Shown: one piece after another, positions 36,851 through 49,289 of the stretch
How the letters are laid out: each line of letters opens with the position of its first letter
How positions within the stretch are numbered: position 1 is the first letter of the stretch
Source: Cetorhinus maximus
Taxonomy: Eukaryota
Reading direction: 5' to 3'
Length of the DNA stretch: 64,000 nucleotides
Assembly: GCF_964194155.1 (NCBI RefSeq)
Contig: NC_135904.1
Location: forward strand, 27,838,001-27,902,000
Notes under the pieces: model-generated
What the model was told of the DNA's origin: nothing
The model's database searches: none
The model's input: the letters and a program-made list of their open reading frames with translations, nothing else
Position numbers and translations under genes: made by a program

Positions 36851-37426
36851 GGCAGAATATTATCGGGGCTGGGGGGGGGGTGCGCTGGAGTTGGTGGGCA
36901 GACGGTTGCTCCCCCCCCCCCCCACCCCCCCCAGGGTGCAAGGTTGGCGTGGAGCGGACTCTCTCCAGGCAAGCCCGCCCTCCAGCCATAACATGGTGCA
37001 GCAGGTTAAGTAGGGGCAGTGTGGGACTTCTGCCCCTCACTAGGGAGGAAGACCCACCCTCAGGAGCTACCAGCCAATCCGCTTTGCAAAGGGCAACCCC
37101 TTGAAGATAGTACTCCCCCTATCCCTCCCGCCCTTTGAAATTTTTCTTTTAAAAGCGGCCTGCCCACTCCAGCCTGACTGCCCACCCCATCTTATGTCAT
37201 GGGCTGCATATCATCGGGATCAACTGGCTTATTAACAAGTCCAATTAACCCTTGATTATCTATTTAAATATAGTGGGAGGGCTGCCCATTTCGGCGCCTG
37301 CCCATCCCCCATATGATGGGGGTGAGTGGAAAGGTAGTGGCTGGGGAGGTGCCCTATTTAATGTTGCCCACCCCACCCCACCCCCTGCCGAAAACAAGCC
37401 CGGCGGGGGCACATCAAATACAGCCC
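36851..37426. mobile_element. Harbinger-like MITE
   Basis: Termini ggcagaatatt ... aaatacagccc with a GC-rich interior like the other MITEs. Confidence 0.5.
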
Positions 37427-37504
37427 TATTTTTCTTAACTTTACAAGTTAGTTCTTCTACACTGTGATTGCTCATTTGCTTTTTCATTTCAGCATCCTCC
37501 AATG

Positions 37505-37768
37505 GTGGGTTCATTCATTCATGCGTGCTCTGTCAGAAGGCAGGTCTTTGGCCCTTTGTCCGCTGATGCTTCATCCTGAGCTGCTTTTTTCTTGGCAGCT
37601 TCTTTCTTTCTTGTCAGTGGTAGCTTGCCATTGCCTTCCACCCTCAGGGCAGAATGAGGAGGCAGGTACCAAGTCTACCCCTGCCGGAACAGGAATCAAG
37701 CCCACACTGTTGGCATTACTCTGAACCTCATGCTGGTCATCTAGCCACATAAACTAACCAGCCCCCTA
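37505..37768 (-). mobile_element. tRNA-SINE with RTE-like middle and (TGAA)n tail
   Basis: Minus strand: head ggggctggttag..., gaaggcaatggcaagctaccac, tail gacctgccttctgacagagcacgcatgaatgaatgaa. A similar tail occurs at 17510-17570. Confidence 0.55.
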
Positions 37769-38099
37769 TATTATTGGTACATGGAAATAGCCATGGGGAG
37801 GGAAGAGGGTTTACTGTTTCAGCGATGGTTGGAACAGGTTTATGCTCCGATCTTCTGTCCCATGTTTGTCCAAGTTAGAGGCCTTGGATAGGCTTCATGG
37901 AAGAAGGTCGAACTGCTCAGCACGTATCACCTACATATCGGTGCTGGGATGGGAGGGGCAAATATATAGACAATCCCCCACCATCAAAAGAAAAAGCCAC
38001 ATCAGTATGTCCACTATAGGGTGGGGGCAGGGCAGACATTGGGGAATCGCAATCCCTGGGGTGAAGCCCAGCAAGCAGGAAGGAGGATCTGAGATGAAC

Positions 38100-38340
38100 C
38101 CTGACCCCAGCTGTCTGTTCTGGTAGATGTAAGAGATCCCATAGAAGAAGAGCTGCAGCGGAGTCATCCCAGTGTCCCGGCCAATGCTTATCCTTCAACC
38201 ATATCCAATAAAACAGATTCACTGGTCATTGCTGCATTGCCGTTTCTCTCTCCACAGGTACAGCCAGACCTACTGAGTTTTCCAGCATTTTCTGTTTTTA
38301 TTTCCAATTTCCAGCATCCGCAGTATTTTGCTTTTATCTT
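38100..38340 (+). mobile_element. DeuSINE fragment followed by a Penelope-type fragment
   Basis: gatgtaagagatcccatagaagaagagc...; ctctccacag...ccagacctactgagttttccagcattttctg. Confidence 0.7.
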
Positions 38341-39659
38341 AGTGTTACAGGTGGCCATTTGTGCAGGAGGTTTTCGCACGTTGGTTTGGTCCTTGTTCAA
38401 TGATTATTAAATATTACCCCAGTTTACACTCAAAGTCTTGCTCTGGAGTAAATGAACTATGTGATTCTTCACATTAGGCATTCGAGTTACAAACGCTCTT
38501 CACGGCTTAGAAAATTCACCAGCGTCAGGACCATTCCCCGACTCTACCCCTGCCCATGTCAACGGTCCACCTGCCTGTGTGATCTTACAGGAGGAAGCCA
38601 ACGGGCAGGGAGGGCCAATCGGAGGGCACAACAGGAGGGTCACCCAGTGACCCCACTGGGAGAGGTGAGCACTGCTAAGGAAGAGGGACACCTAGGGATT
38701 GCCTCAAAACGGAGGCCTGCACAAAGGGGTCTAGCGGGAGTAATAAAAAAAAACAAGCTACAGAACTGTGTTTGTCCTCAGTGTGGAGCAGTAACCCCAC
38801 CCCTCGGCAGGGATGCGCCTGGCCGCGATTTTGATCGGCCCTTTGTGCCTTGCGTTTTCCTGATACAGTATTGCCATTTGCAGCAGCCTCTGATGACCCT
38901 CCGACCTCCCGCTGAGTGGTTGCCTCCAAAGCGTTTCTGGGTGCTTCTGTGGGGGGGCCCAGACGATGGTGGGAAACTTGCCTCGCTCTCAGGAAATGGC
39001 CATTCTGAGGCCTTAATTACCTTGATAGCCTGACCGCCTCGGTTGTGTGGGTTGTTGATTCCAGCGGCAGTCCACCCTAGAGTTAGGACCGTGTTGGGGA
39101 GCCATCCCAAAATGGTTTCCCCCGACAACCACGTCTCCGAGGGGCTGGGAAAATTCCAACAAGTCTCGCCTTTTCGACCCTATTTTCCTCTGCTTTGTGC
39201 TACGGGTTGTGACATTGATTTTACCTCACTGTGGACCCCAGCCCAAGAGTGTGAATCAAAATCTTCCAATTTATCATCAGGCAGAAGTAGGTTGCCAGAA
39301 TGATATTATTGTCACCACACTCCCACTTTCCTTCTGAGTTTCTGCAGCTGGTTTCATTGGCCCAACACCTGCACATGTCGTGAACAGTGCAGATTTAACC
39401 CTTAAACCCATCAGCATCTTGAGCGACCCATAGTTGGATGCAAGTGTTAGCAGAGGGCTGCTACTGGCTGGCGTTCAAATGTATTAATAGAAAAAAACAA
39501 AGGCCACATAATGAAAATGAATGGAACTGATAGGAGGCAAGAGTTGCACATTCCTGAGTCCTGATCAGCACATTCACTAACACGAAAGCTTTTCTAAGAG
39601 CTCTACATGATAAACAGTGCTTGATTTAAGACTGCGGTATCCTGAAATAGCTGGATTCT

Positions 39660-40080
39660 ATCAAGATTGAATAGGCTAGGGCTCTTTTCTCGAGAAAAGA
39701 GAGACTGGGGGTGGTGGGGGTGGGGTTGACCTGATTGAGGTCTTTAAAATTATGCTCGAGAGGGCTGATTTTAGAAGATGTTTCCACCTGTGGGAGAAAC
39801 CAATACCAGGGGCCATAAATATGAGATAGTTACTAATAAATCCAATAGGAAATTCAGGAGAAACCTCTCCATTCCGAAAGTGGTGAGAATGTGGAACTCG
39901 CTACCAGGATGAGCTACGCCAAATAGAATGGATGCATTTAAGGGGGGAAGTTAAATGAATAGGAGGGAGAATGGAACAGAATGATATGCTGATAGGTTTA
40001 GATGAAAAGTATGGAGTATAAACACTGGCAGAGACCAGCTGGGTTGAATGCCTTGTTCCTGTGCTCTACACTCTATGCAA
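39660..40080 (+). mobile_element. CR1/HER1 3' fragment
   Basis: gtggtgagaatgtggaactcgctacc...gggttgaatgcc tail. Confidence 0.8.
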
Positions 40081-40767
40081 ATCAATGCAATATAGCACCT
40101 GGAGATAATGCACTGTTACTGGAAAAATTAGCCTTTTTATTTTAATCACAGGCATCAGATTTTGGGGCCAAGAAATTATAACTCCTCAAAATATTTTCAT
40201 TGAATACGAAGATACAAATTACAGACACATATTGTACTTATTTTCTGTGTTTTAACTTGCCTTTCCTCAGAAAAGCTACTCAGGCATCTTGCCAACCCTT
40301 TCACCTCCCCCACCAACAATCCCATCAAGAATGTCCACTCCTTCTAGTTACGAGGTTATTAAGAGTTTGCTGCAGTGACGGGTTCTAGTAACGCACATTG
40401 TTTTCTGCAGTCACATGGCTGACCTCTGTTCTTGGCTCCAGGGCTCTGATTTTACGCTCTGTAAGAACTGTGGGCCAGAGTGGAGGTCGGTGAGATCACT
40501 CAAACAACATGTCATAGAAACCAACACTGCTGCAAAACAGACTTAAAAGGGGCAGTCATCACGGGAAAATGTCTGAAATACTTTTTTCCCTTCATCCACC
40601 CAACCAATTTGCTTTCAGATACACAAATGCAGGCATTGATGTGCTTGAAGGCACATAAGTGGCAACAATTAGGTTACGGCATTGATGCTACTAAAGGTTT
40701 GCCTGGCTCTTCTCACTCACTGAAGTGGCAATGAAACTCCATTAACATTGAATTCTTAACTCCATTA

Positions 40768-40940
40768 ACTCTCAGAATTTTTTAAGGCAGAGGTGGATAG
40801 ATTCTTGGTAAGCAAGGGCGTGATAGGTTATCGGGGGTAGGTGGGATGCAGGTTTCAGGTTACTATCAGATCAGCCACGATCTTAGTAGCAGGCTTGAAG
40901 GGCTGAATGGCCTACTCCTGCTCCTTGCTCGTATGTTCAT
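40768..40940 (+). mobile_element. CR1/HER1 3' fragment
   Basis: tttaaggcagaggtggatagattcttg...ggcctactcctgctcct. Confidence 0.85.
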
Positions 40941-41768
40941 AACATTGATCAGTCAAGGAGGACAATCTTTTTAGTGTTCAGTTTCTTAGAGTCCTTCGAT
41001 TTGGGTTCAGTTATGGGACAAACTTGGGGTGGGAGGACCAGGAACGTCTTTGCAACCGCTCCATCTCTGTCATGGAGGCTCCATTTAGTTCCTGTCGCAC
41101 TCCCGGCCAAGTTAGCGAGAGCAGCCCTGAGGAATATTCTGACCTCTCTCAATGCAGTTAAGGTCAGCGTAACTGCAGGTTGTCTTTTTTAATTGCAATT
41201 TATTGCAACAGGAGGAAGAGATGACCTTTCTGTGATCAAATCACGTTAGTGCCATTCTATGACCCAATAAGTTGAGAGGGACTATGGACAAACCTGAGAA
41301 GTTCAATAAATAAACAATTAAAATCATGTGACGAGAAAGACACTGAAAAAGCAAAGTAATGAACTCTGTTTTGTAAATAACTTCACAGTGTGAATACTCA
41401 TGAGCAATCAGGGCCTTGAGTTTTCAGATGGTTTTAACAGTCCCTTACCGTAACTTTATGGTGAGGGGTGATAGAATTCCCAGAGAATTGGCGTTAATGG
41501 TCATTTTTATCCATTTATGCCTTTACTCCGGGGTTCCATCGATCTTCCTCTTGAGAATGCCCACACCATAGGAATTCCAGGTATAGATCTAGATGGATAT
41601 TTAATCCTGATTCAATTTCAAAAGACATACATATGTTGTTATATCATTAAGGGGCCAACTTCAGTTCAGCTGCCGTCCATTGAACAAGAGAAATGCTCCC
41701 TCCATTCAAAAATCATAATATTATTTAGGTTTACAAGGGTACTTGATTTGTTGTTATGGTTATATCGT

Positions 41769-42907
41769 TGTTGCGATTTTCTAATTTTTGTGCTTTAGAA
41801 ATAACTTTTAGTAGCAATTGAATTTAAATAGTGATAAATAGAAACACTTGGTTGAGAAACTAGTAAACAGACCCAGGGTAATTACAGGTCAAAGGGCAAT
41901 CTGTGTTTATTTAATAAGGTCAGGGTTAGAAGTGAAAAACTGAAACGATGGATGACCCATCTCTGAGCTTTTAGTAGAGACAGGAGGGCTACAGTTAATT
42001 TAGTAAGGGACATAGATTATTCATTTAGCTCAAGGTCAAAGAAGCTAACAGCACCTTTGTAAGCCAGTGAGTTGGTTGTTGGAGCGAACAAGTCTGGAAA
42101 GAGGGCCATAACTGCATTAGAGATATAAATTATTTATCTAGTTACCAGAATCAAAGGGTTGTTTTGAAGGCAAAATATAATTGATTCATTTTTCTGTTTG
42201 GGAGCATCCTAAGTGTGCCATATTGCTATGTAGATAGGCTATGGAGGGGAGCTACCCTTTTGTGTTTGTTTTTTTCTGTGTGTTTTATTTCCACAGAAAA
42301 CAAGCAGTTCAGCTTTGGAACAGGCAGAGTGAGAGAGATATATATGACAGGCGCTGTAAAGCAGCCTGTGTCTGTCTAAAGCCAAGACAAGATGCGTAGA
42401 GGCTATTAAGAACCAGGGGTGTTCCTAATTTTTAAATCACTTACCACATATGCAGTGAGGCCCAAGCTTGAGCTGAGAAGACCACAGCCATGAGGTTTTG
42501 AAGAAAAGTTGGAGGGTCGCTTAGCTAAAGGTTAATGGAAGGATCCCCATGAAATTTTGTACCTTGGAGAATAGCTGAAACACTGAGGAGAAACCCAAGT
42601 GAATTCCAGAGAGCTGTGGCATACTTGGTTTGATTCCAAAAGGAGGAGTGGATGAGCTCCCGAGATCTCAATGTATAAGAGAGCTCTTGGTGGAATTAAG
42701 AAGTGAAAGGGGTACTGGAATTATACTCTAAGTCTTAACAAACTATAACAAATTAGTAGTGCTTGCTTTGTTTAATTTTGTTTTTATATACAGTGAAGTT
42801 TGTTTTTGTTTAAAAATGTGAAATTTTCTGGCATAATTTCTTTCAGTTGATCACTGGGTGTTCAAATTTCTCTTTAATCGTTAATGGTCTTTACAGAGAT
42901 TCTGACA
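41769..42907 (+). mobile_element. Probable solo LTR (Gypsy-like)
   Basis: About 1.1 kb non-coding block from TGTTGCGAT to ATTCTGACA, with a 3' part resembling fish Gypsy LTR ends. No clear TSD. Confidence 0.45.
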
Positions 42908-42911
42908 GTGC

Positions 42912-43345
42912 CCACTGTGGCTCAATTGGTAGCCTTCTTGCCTCTGAGTCACAAGATTCCAGGCTCAAGACCCACTCCAGGGCTCAAGCACCAAATTCAA
43001 GTCTGACTACCCCAGTGTGGTAGTGAAGGAGTGCTGCACTGTTGGAGGTACAGTCTTTCCGACGAGATGTTAAAGATAGGCCCCATCTGCCTGTTTTGGT
43101 GAGTGTAAAAGATCCCATGGAGGAAGGAGAAGAACAGGGGAGGTGTCCTGGCCAATAGTTATCCCTTAATCAACATCACAAAAAAAAACTATCTGATCAT
43201 TATCACATTGTTGTTTGTGGGGGCTTGCTGTGTCCAAAATGGCTGCCGCATTTCTACATTACAACTGTGACTACACTTCAAAAGTACTTCATTGCACTCT
43301 GGTGTATTGGGTGATCATGAAAAGCACTTAATAAATACAAGATTT
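42912..43345 (+). mobile_element. Full-length DeuSINE
   Basis: ctgtggctcaattggtagc head, gtaaaagatcccatgg core, gactacacttcaaaagtacttcattg tail. Confidence 0.88.
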
Positions 43346-43478
43346 TTATTAGGTGTGCCATTTTAAGAGGGGGAGACTTATGCTTTTGGTTGACGACAAT
43401 GGCCCATTATTAGTTATGTTAGAGAAGGCACATTTCTTCCAGAAATTCTAGAAAATGAGAGTCTCATTAATAACTCAC

Positions 43479-43598
43479 CATGTCGTTCTGGTTGACAACC
43501 TTCCCTCTAGCCACCTGAATGTAGCTCCAGGCAAAAAGCATCAAGAGGGCGAGTGGAAGCATATAGATCTCAAATATCCAGACAATTACCAAATACAA
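43479..43598 (-). CDS. MCTP2: MCTP2 coding exon (transmembrane segment), 120 nt, phase 0/0
   Basis: Minus strand: tttctctttcttttcAG | LYLVIVWIFEIYMLPLALLMLFAWSYIQVARGKVVNQNDM | GTgagt. Matches the MCTP motif VWNFELYMIPLALLL as I recall it. Confidence 0.95.
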
Positions 43599-43764
43599 CT
43601 GAAAAGAAAGAGAAATACTATATTAATGAAAAGCTAAAGAACAAAAAAATAAACACCATCCTAGATACCTGGGAAGAGGGAGGACAGATTTACATTTTCA
43701 ACTATCTGCAAAGGTCGTCTTTTTAAAGTTCTCTTCAAGACAGCAGCCATGCTGCGAGGTGCAG

Positions 43765-44998
43765 TGTCTGTGAAGCAGCGACTCACATGCACTTCCTTCA
43801 ATTTAGTCGACTGGATTCGCTGCTCCCACTGCAGTCCCCTCTATACTGGGGAGACTAAGGGCAGACTGAGTGACCAATTTGAGGAACGCCTTTGCTCAGT
43901 CCGCAAGCAGGACCCCGGCCTTCCTGTCGTTTACCATTTCAATTCACCATCTTGCTCTGATGCTCACATTTCTGTCCTCGGCCTGCTCCAGTGTTCCAGT
44001 GAAGCCCAATGCAAACTGGAAGAGCAGCACCTCATTTTCCGATTAAGTGCTTTATAGCCTTCTGGGCTTAACATCAAGTTCAATAACTTCAGACCACGAA
44101 CTTTGTCCTCTATCTCTATTTTAATTTTTTTCCACCCCTGTCGTTCCTCCCCCCACCCCACCCCCAGCTCCAAAGTACCAATCTGTATCTTGTTCTCATG
44201 TTTTGCTTTCAGAAAGTGTTGACCCTTGTTCTGCTATTTATTCATTCTGCTATCTTGCTTTCAGACAGGGCTGACCTTTATGCTGCTATTAACACCTGCT
44301 TTTGTCTTTAATACTATCATCACCGCGCTCTTTATCTTATGTCCATGACGTAGAAACATAGAAACTAGGAGCAGGAGTAGGCCATTCGGCCCTTCAAGCC
44401 TGCTCCGCCATTCAGTATGATCATGGCTGATCATCCAACTCAATAGCCTGCTCCCGCTTTCTCCCTATACCCTTTGATCCCTTTCACCCCAAGGGCTATA
44501 TCAAACTCCTTCTTGAAAACATACAATGTTTTGGTCTCAACTACTTTCTGTGGTAACGAATTCCACAGGCTCACCACTCTCTGGGTGAAGAAATTTCTCC
44601 TCATCTCAGTCCTAAATGGTATACCCCATATCCTCAGACTGTGACCCCCGGTTCTGTACTCCCCCACCATCGGGAACATCCTACCTGCATCTACCCTGTC
44701 TAGTCCTGTTAGAATTTTATAGGTTTCTATGAGATCCCCCCCCTCATTCTTCTGAACTACACCGAATATAATCCTAATCGACATCTTTGTCATTTAATCG
44801 CTCTTGACCTCCAACCCTATCTCTGACCTTCTATTTTGCTCCACCACCCTCTTTTCAATAACACAAAATCTAACACATTTCTACCTCTCTTCAGCGCTGA
44901 AGAAGTCATATGGACTCTAAACTTCAATTCTGTTTTTCTCTTTCTCCACAGATGCTGCCAGACCTGCTGAGTATTTCCAGCATCTTCTGTTTTTATGG
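43765..44998 (+). mobile_element. Penelope-like element 3' part: GIY-YIG endonuclease remnant plus terminal repeat
   Basis: TCTSFNLVDWIRCSHCSPLYTGETKGRLSDQFEERL...VVYHFN...EQHLIFRL..PSGLN. Ends with a hammerhead-like motif at about 44898 and gatgctgccagacctgctgag. Confidence 0.9.
44351..44780 (-). mobile_element. CR1/HER1 3' fragment nested in the Penelope element
   Basis: GDLIETYKILTGLDRVDAGRMFP...RRNFFTQRVVSLWNSLP; (tttcta) tail. Confidence 0.93.
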
Positions 44999-45444
44999 CA
45001 GTGTCTGTCGTTCTGCTGTTGTACATAGTTTAAAAGGAAGCAGTCTTGTATTCTAGAAAATCCCCCCTCCCACTGTTTACATTGTGGGGCAGAATCCTGA
45101 GAACAGCTGTTGACACAGAAACAACGCCAAGTACGGGGCAATGGTTCGAAAGTTGTGAATGTGACTTGTACGTTCTGGCAGTGGGCATTCCCTGATGGGG
45201 TGTCCTTCGTAGACAGTGATAGCCCATCATGATTTGAGTTATATTATTTGACAAGGACTGTGTTATGTAACATGTGCTTTCAGGGGCAATCTAAAATAAA
45301 CTGAGCGGTATGCGCTATTCGAATATGTAGAAGGCAAGGGATAAATAAAGTAGTAACTTCAGATCTTAATAACCTTAAAAAAAAACAATGGAATACAAAT
45401 AACCCTCAAAACAACATCTGGTAACTGATGGTTGTTTCTTCACT

Positions 45445-45680
45445 CACCATTGCTGTTCTTGCTTTCAGCCACCTAGGCTCTAAGCTCTGGAATTCCCTCC
45501 CTAACCCTCTTCACCTCTCTCTCTTCCTTTGAGACGCTCCTTAAAACCAACCTCTTTGACCAAGTTTTTGGTTATTTGTGCTAATACCTCATGTTGTTTG
45601 GCGGCGATTATGCCCCTGTGAGGTGCCTTGGGTCATTTTACTACATTAAGGGTGCTATATGAATGCGAGTTGTTGTTATT
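45445..45680 (+). mobile_element. L2-like 3' fragment
   Basis: taagctctggaattccctccctaa...ctttgaccaag...ggtgctatatgaatgcgagttgttgtt. Confidence 0.8.
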
Positions 45681-45979
45681 GTTGGGAAGGAGAAACTTTG
45701 GTAAAAGATTGGGCCGCCCTACTCCCGCCCGACTGCCCACATTAAATGTTTTATGGCACGGGGAGAATATTATCAGGATCAATTGGCTTGAGGACGAGCC
45801 TAAGTGACACTTGGTTACTTATTTGAAGATGGTGGGAGAGCTGGTGATTTGGACGGCCGCCCACCGCCCCCATAAAATGGGGGTGAGCTCGGGGATGGGC
45901 GGGAAGGTGGTTTGTGTGCACCCGCCCTATTTTATGTGCCCCCCCCTGCCCAAAACATGCCCCCTAAATGCAGCCCGCG

Positions 45980-46148
45980 TTGTCGCAGTTTGTCATCTTG
46001 CTCAAACACAAGAATGCCAAGTTTCAACGATCACAACAATTTATACTGAGACTGCAGTATAAACTGTCTGAAATTTGGAATTCTTGCGTTTGTCCTGATC
46101 AGTACAAGCTGAAAAGCTTCAACAAAATGTCTCTCCTTTAGGCAACAT
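45980..46148. mobile_element. Fold-back repeat of the second Penelope-like family
   Basis: caagaatgccaa...tttatactg / cagtataaa...ttggaattcttg inverted; gtcctgatcagtacaagctgaaaagctt. Confidence 0.55.
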
Positions 46149-46496
46149 TTAATTCTGTGCCACGAAAGCGACTGAGAGCAACTTCCAGTTCGGAGCCTGG
46201 TACTCCGAAAGTAAATGTGACCTCCCGTAGTTTGTCCTTACGGCAGTTTCCATTTCATTCCATGCCAGCCCAGTGTATCCACAGGAAACGCCAGGAGAAT
46301 CATGAAAGGTATTCAATTCAAAATTGAAGTGAAACTTGCACTTCACCATCCAGATCGACGGCATTGACAGAAACTGCAAACCATTAGTTCCAACTGTTTG
46401 CCTTCAAAGAAAGAAAAACTTCCGGCGGTAAATACTTTGTGTCGAGACTTCCCAACTTGCAATAAAACATGCTGTGGTTTGCTATGTTTTCAATCA

Positions 46497-46732
46497 TTTG
46501 GATGAGCCATTAACCCGAGGCCCCGTCTGACCTCTCTTTTGACAAATAGCATGGGAGCTCCCCTCCTAGTTTTGGCCAATGTTTACCCCTCAACCAACAG
46601 CACTAAAAAAAGACCATCTGGTCATTATTTCTTTTTGTGGGAGCTTGCTGTGCACAAGTTGGCTACTGCATTTCCCACTCTACAACTGTGCCTACACTTC
46701 AAAAGTACTTCGTTGGCTGCAAAGTGTTTTGC
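46497..46732 (+). mobile_element. DeuSINE fragment
   Basis: ttggatgagccattaacccgaggccccgtctg...ctacacttcaaaagtacttcgttggctg. Confidence 0.85.
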
Positions 46733-47047
46733 AGTGGAAAAAGCACGCCAGGTTTCCTATTAATAAAAGTTTGGGGGAAATACCAGGCTGAGGAGTCTGC
46801 ATGGACTCCTTGTGAGGTCTGTGGTGGGACATGAGCATTCCTGCTCCTCCTGGCCCACATGGAGTTCAAAGGCAAAGTTTTAAAACTTAGCTCTGGTCAG
46901 TCAACTCCTCCCGTCCTGTTGCTGCACAGCAGTCAGAGCAGGATACTCCCTGCACAGACCTTTAAACTGTGTCACGGCACCAATGATGTCATCAGACCGC
47001 AGCTTTTCAATCTTAAGTAGGTCCCTGCCTACTGAGTCATGGCAAAT

Positions 47048-47850
47048 ATCATGGCAGCATTACTGGACTAATAATCCAGAGGCCCCAACTAATGCCCCAG
47101 AGACTTGAGTTCTAATCCCATCAAGACAGCTGGAGGAACTTGAATTCAATTAATTAATAAAATCTAGGGTATGCTAACCCCATTAGTAATGATTCCGAAA
47201 CTAGTGAGTTGTCATAGAAACCCATCCTGTTCACTAATGTCCTTTAGGCAGGGGTTCCCAAACCGTGGGTCGTGGGGCGGGCAATTGGGGTCACAGCTGG
47301 AATCGGCTCTGAGGCCCCATGACAAGTGCTCGCACAATTTCTTTATCTTGCCCTGGTTCGGAAGGTGTGCCCTAAGGGGATGAGCTTCAAGGGCCCATCA
47401 CTGCCTCCATCAGAGCCTGCATAATGGTTGGCGAAAGAAACATTGCACCATCCCCACCTCACCCCCCACCCCTACTCTCACAATGCTACCTCACCACCCC
47501 TACTCTCACAACGCTACCCCTCCTCGCTCTCATACCCTTACCGCCCCCAGCCTCCACTCTTACTCTGAGAGCACAACCATTTTTAAGCATCAAACTGGGG
47601 TCACAGTGGGAAGAGGTTTGAGAAGCATTGCCTATTAGGGAAGGAAATCTGCTGTCCTTACCCGGTCTGGCCTACGTGTAACTCCAGACCCACAACAAAG
47701 TGGTTGACTCTCAACTGCTCTCTGAAATGGCCTAGCAAGCTACTCAGTTGTGGGTGGCTCACCATCACCTGCTGAAGGGCAACTAAGGAGGGGCAATAAA
47801 TGCCGGAATTGCCAGTGATGCTCACGTCCCAAGAACAGATGAAAAAAAAA
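47048..47850 (+). mobile_element. tRNA-headed SINE (LINE partner) split by a hAT MITE
   Basis: actggactaataatccagaggccc head, gagttctaatccc B-box, shared body and LINE tail. Confidence 0.85.
47249..47630. mobile_element. hAT (Charlie-like) non-autonomous element
   Basis: TIR caggggttcccaaac / gtttgagaagcattg; 8-bp TSD cctttagg / cct(a)ttagg. Confidence 0.8.
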
Positions 47851-48929
47851 GGTGGCCAGAAAAGGCGGGAGCGAGAGGCAGGATTTTCAATTTCCTGCCT
47901 GACCTGGGATAGCTGGTTTAAAACCTGGGCCCCAATGACAAAATGAAAAATTATATTTCTGTTTGAAACCAAACTGAAGGTGAGAACAGCTTTAAAGATT
48001 TTTTTAAAAAATATTTCACCCCTGAGATGGTTAGGATCAATGGAGAAGGCAAAGCAACTGCACCAATCCAACTGGATGCCATTCCATTTGTTTTCACATC
48101 TAACTCCTAAAATATCCAACGCCTTGAACTACACTCGACACCCCATCAGGACAAAAATCTGTAAAATTAGGTTTCATATTTCATTTTCCAATAAAAATTA
48201 AATACTCACGGGCTTAAACACACATCTGGTAACTGCATTTTTTTCCTGTTTTAATACTTGCCCTTCCTCAAAATGTTTTAAACTGCACAGCATATCTGAT
48301 AATTATTTTATGAAACTATTCATAGGTCACACTTGCAGCATAGAAAAGATGTAACTAATAACTTGTTTAGAGCAGTCAATGGCCCATATATTATGGCTAA
48401 AGGCTCAGTAATAAAAACACTTATTAAGTGTAACAATTGTACTGTAAGTTCATGCAAAAATAATCGCCTTAAAATAAAGTGTAAAAATCCAATAACCTTC
48501 TACCAGGGGAATAATTTAACAGACCCAGCGCAGGCCAAGTAAAATGCAAATGCCTTCTAAGTCACTGCAAATACATTTAGAAACCTGCAGTCATACAGCT
48601 TGAAAAACTAACCAATTTAAAGGAAAGGGACATACTTAGGTAATTTGGACTAAACTAGGGCAGGCGCAGGAGAGATAGGCCCATATTAGATAATTGTAGA
48701 CTATGGTTTAAGTGAGTAAAATAATTGATGGAGACTTTACCTGGTGCTGTGCCTTTCACAGAATAATACAGCACAGGAGGTGGCCATTTGGCTCATTGTT
48801 CCAGCTCTTTGAAAAAGCTTCCAATTAGCCCCACTCTCCCTGCTCTTATCCCAAGGCCTTGCAATATTTTTCCTTTTCCTACCGAATTTAATCTTTATAT
48901 TGTTCGGCAGTGTTTTGTTCACGGTTCTT

Positions 48930-49289
48930 CCTGCCCTGAGGGCATTAACTCACTTGGGCGTTGTCCAATGGATGCCCCTGCCCTTGGTTAACTTAAGTCG
49001 AGTGGCCAACCATCACCCGTGATCCATTTATTCCTCTGCAGTGAATGGCAACTAGCCAGCTACTTGAGGCACAGGAGAGATCGCAGCGAAGCCCGGTCCC
49101 GTCCGCAGCGCACACGCATGGGCTTGAGGTTTCTAGCAACGCTGCCATTGGATATGAATCAGAGTGGGAGCGATCCTTGAATTTTCCTGTCCCTGAACCA
49201 GGGAGTATCTTCCGCGAAACGTGACAATTGTGACAATTCGGTGCCACTGCCAAGATCAGTTAACACAGCACAGATCATGCATCGCACGC
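48930..49289 (-). mobile_element. Old SINE-like element truncated by the CR1 insertion
   Basis: Minus strand cgatgcatgatctgtgctgtgttaactgatct, resembling 19800-19815; a possible head remnant lies at about 53873-53900. Confidence 0.45.

Noticed and set aside
37520-37630. Lys/Ala-rich minus-strand frame (RKKEAAKKKAAQDEAS)
   Set aside because: Lies within a SINE-like repeat and lacks splice sites.
38452-39033. 193-aa ORF
   Set aside because: No recognisable domain; overlaps GC-rich MITE-like sequence.
48210-48245. 36-nt in-frame minus-strand candidate exon EKNAVTRCVFKP with GTGAGT donor
   Set aside because: Purine-rich acceptor with no polypyrimidine tract and no MCTP similarity; only RNA-seq could rescue it.
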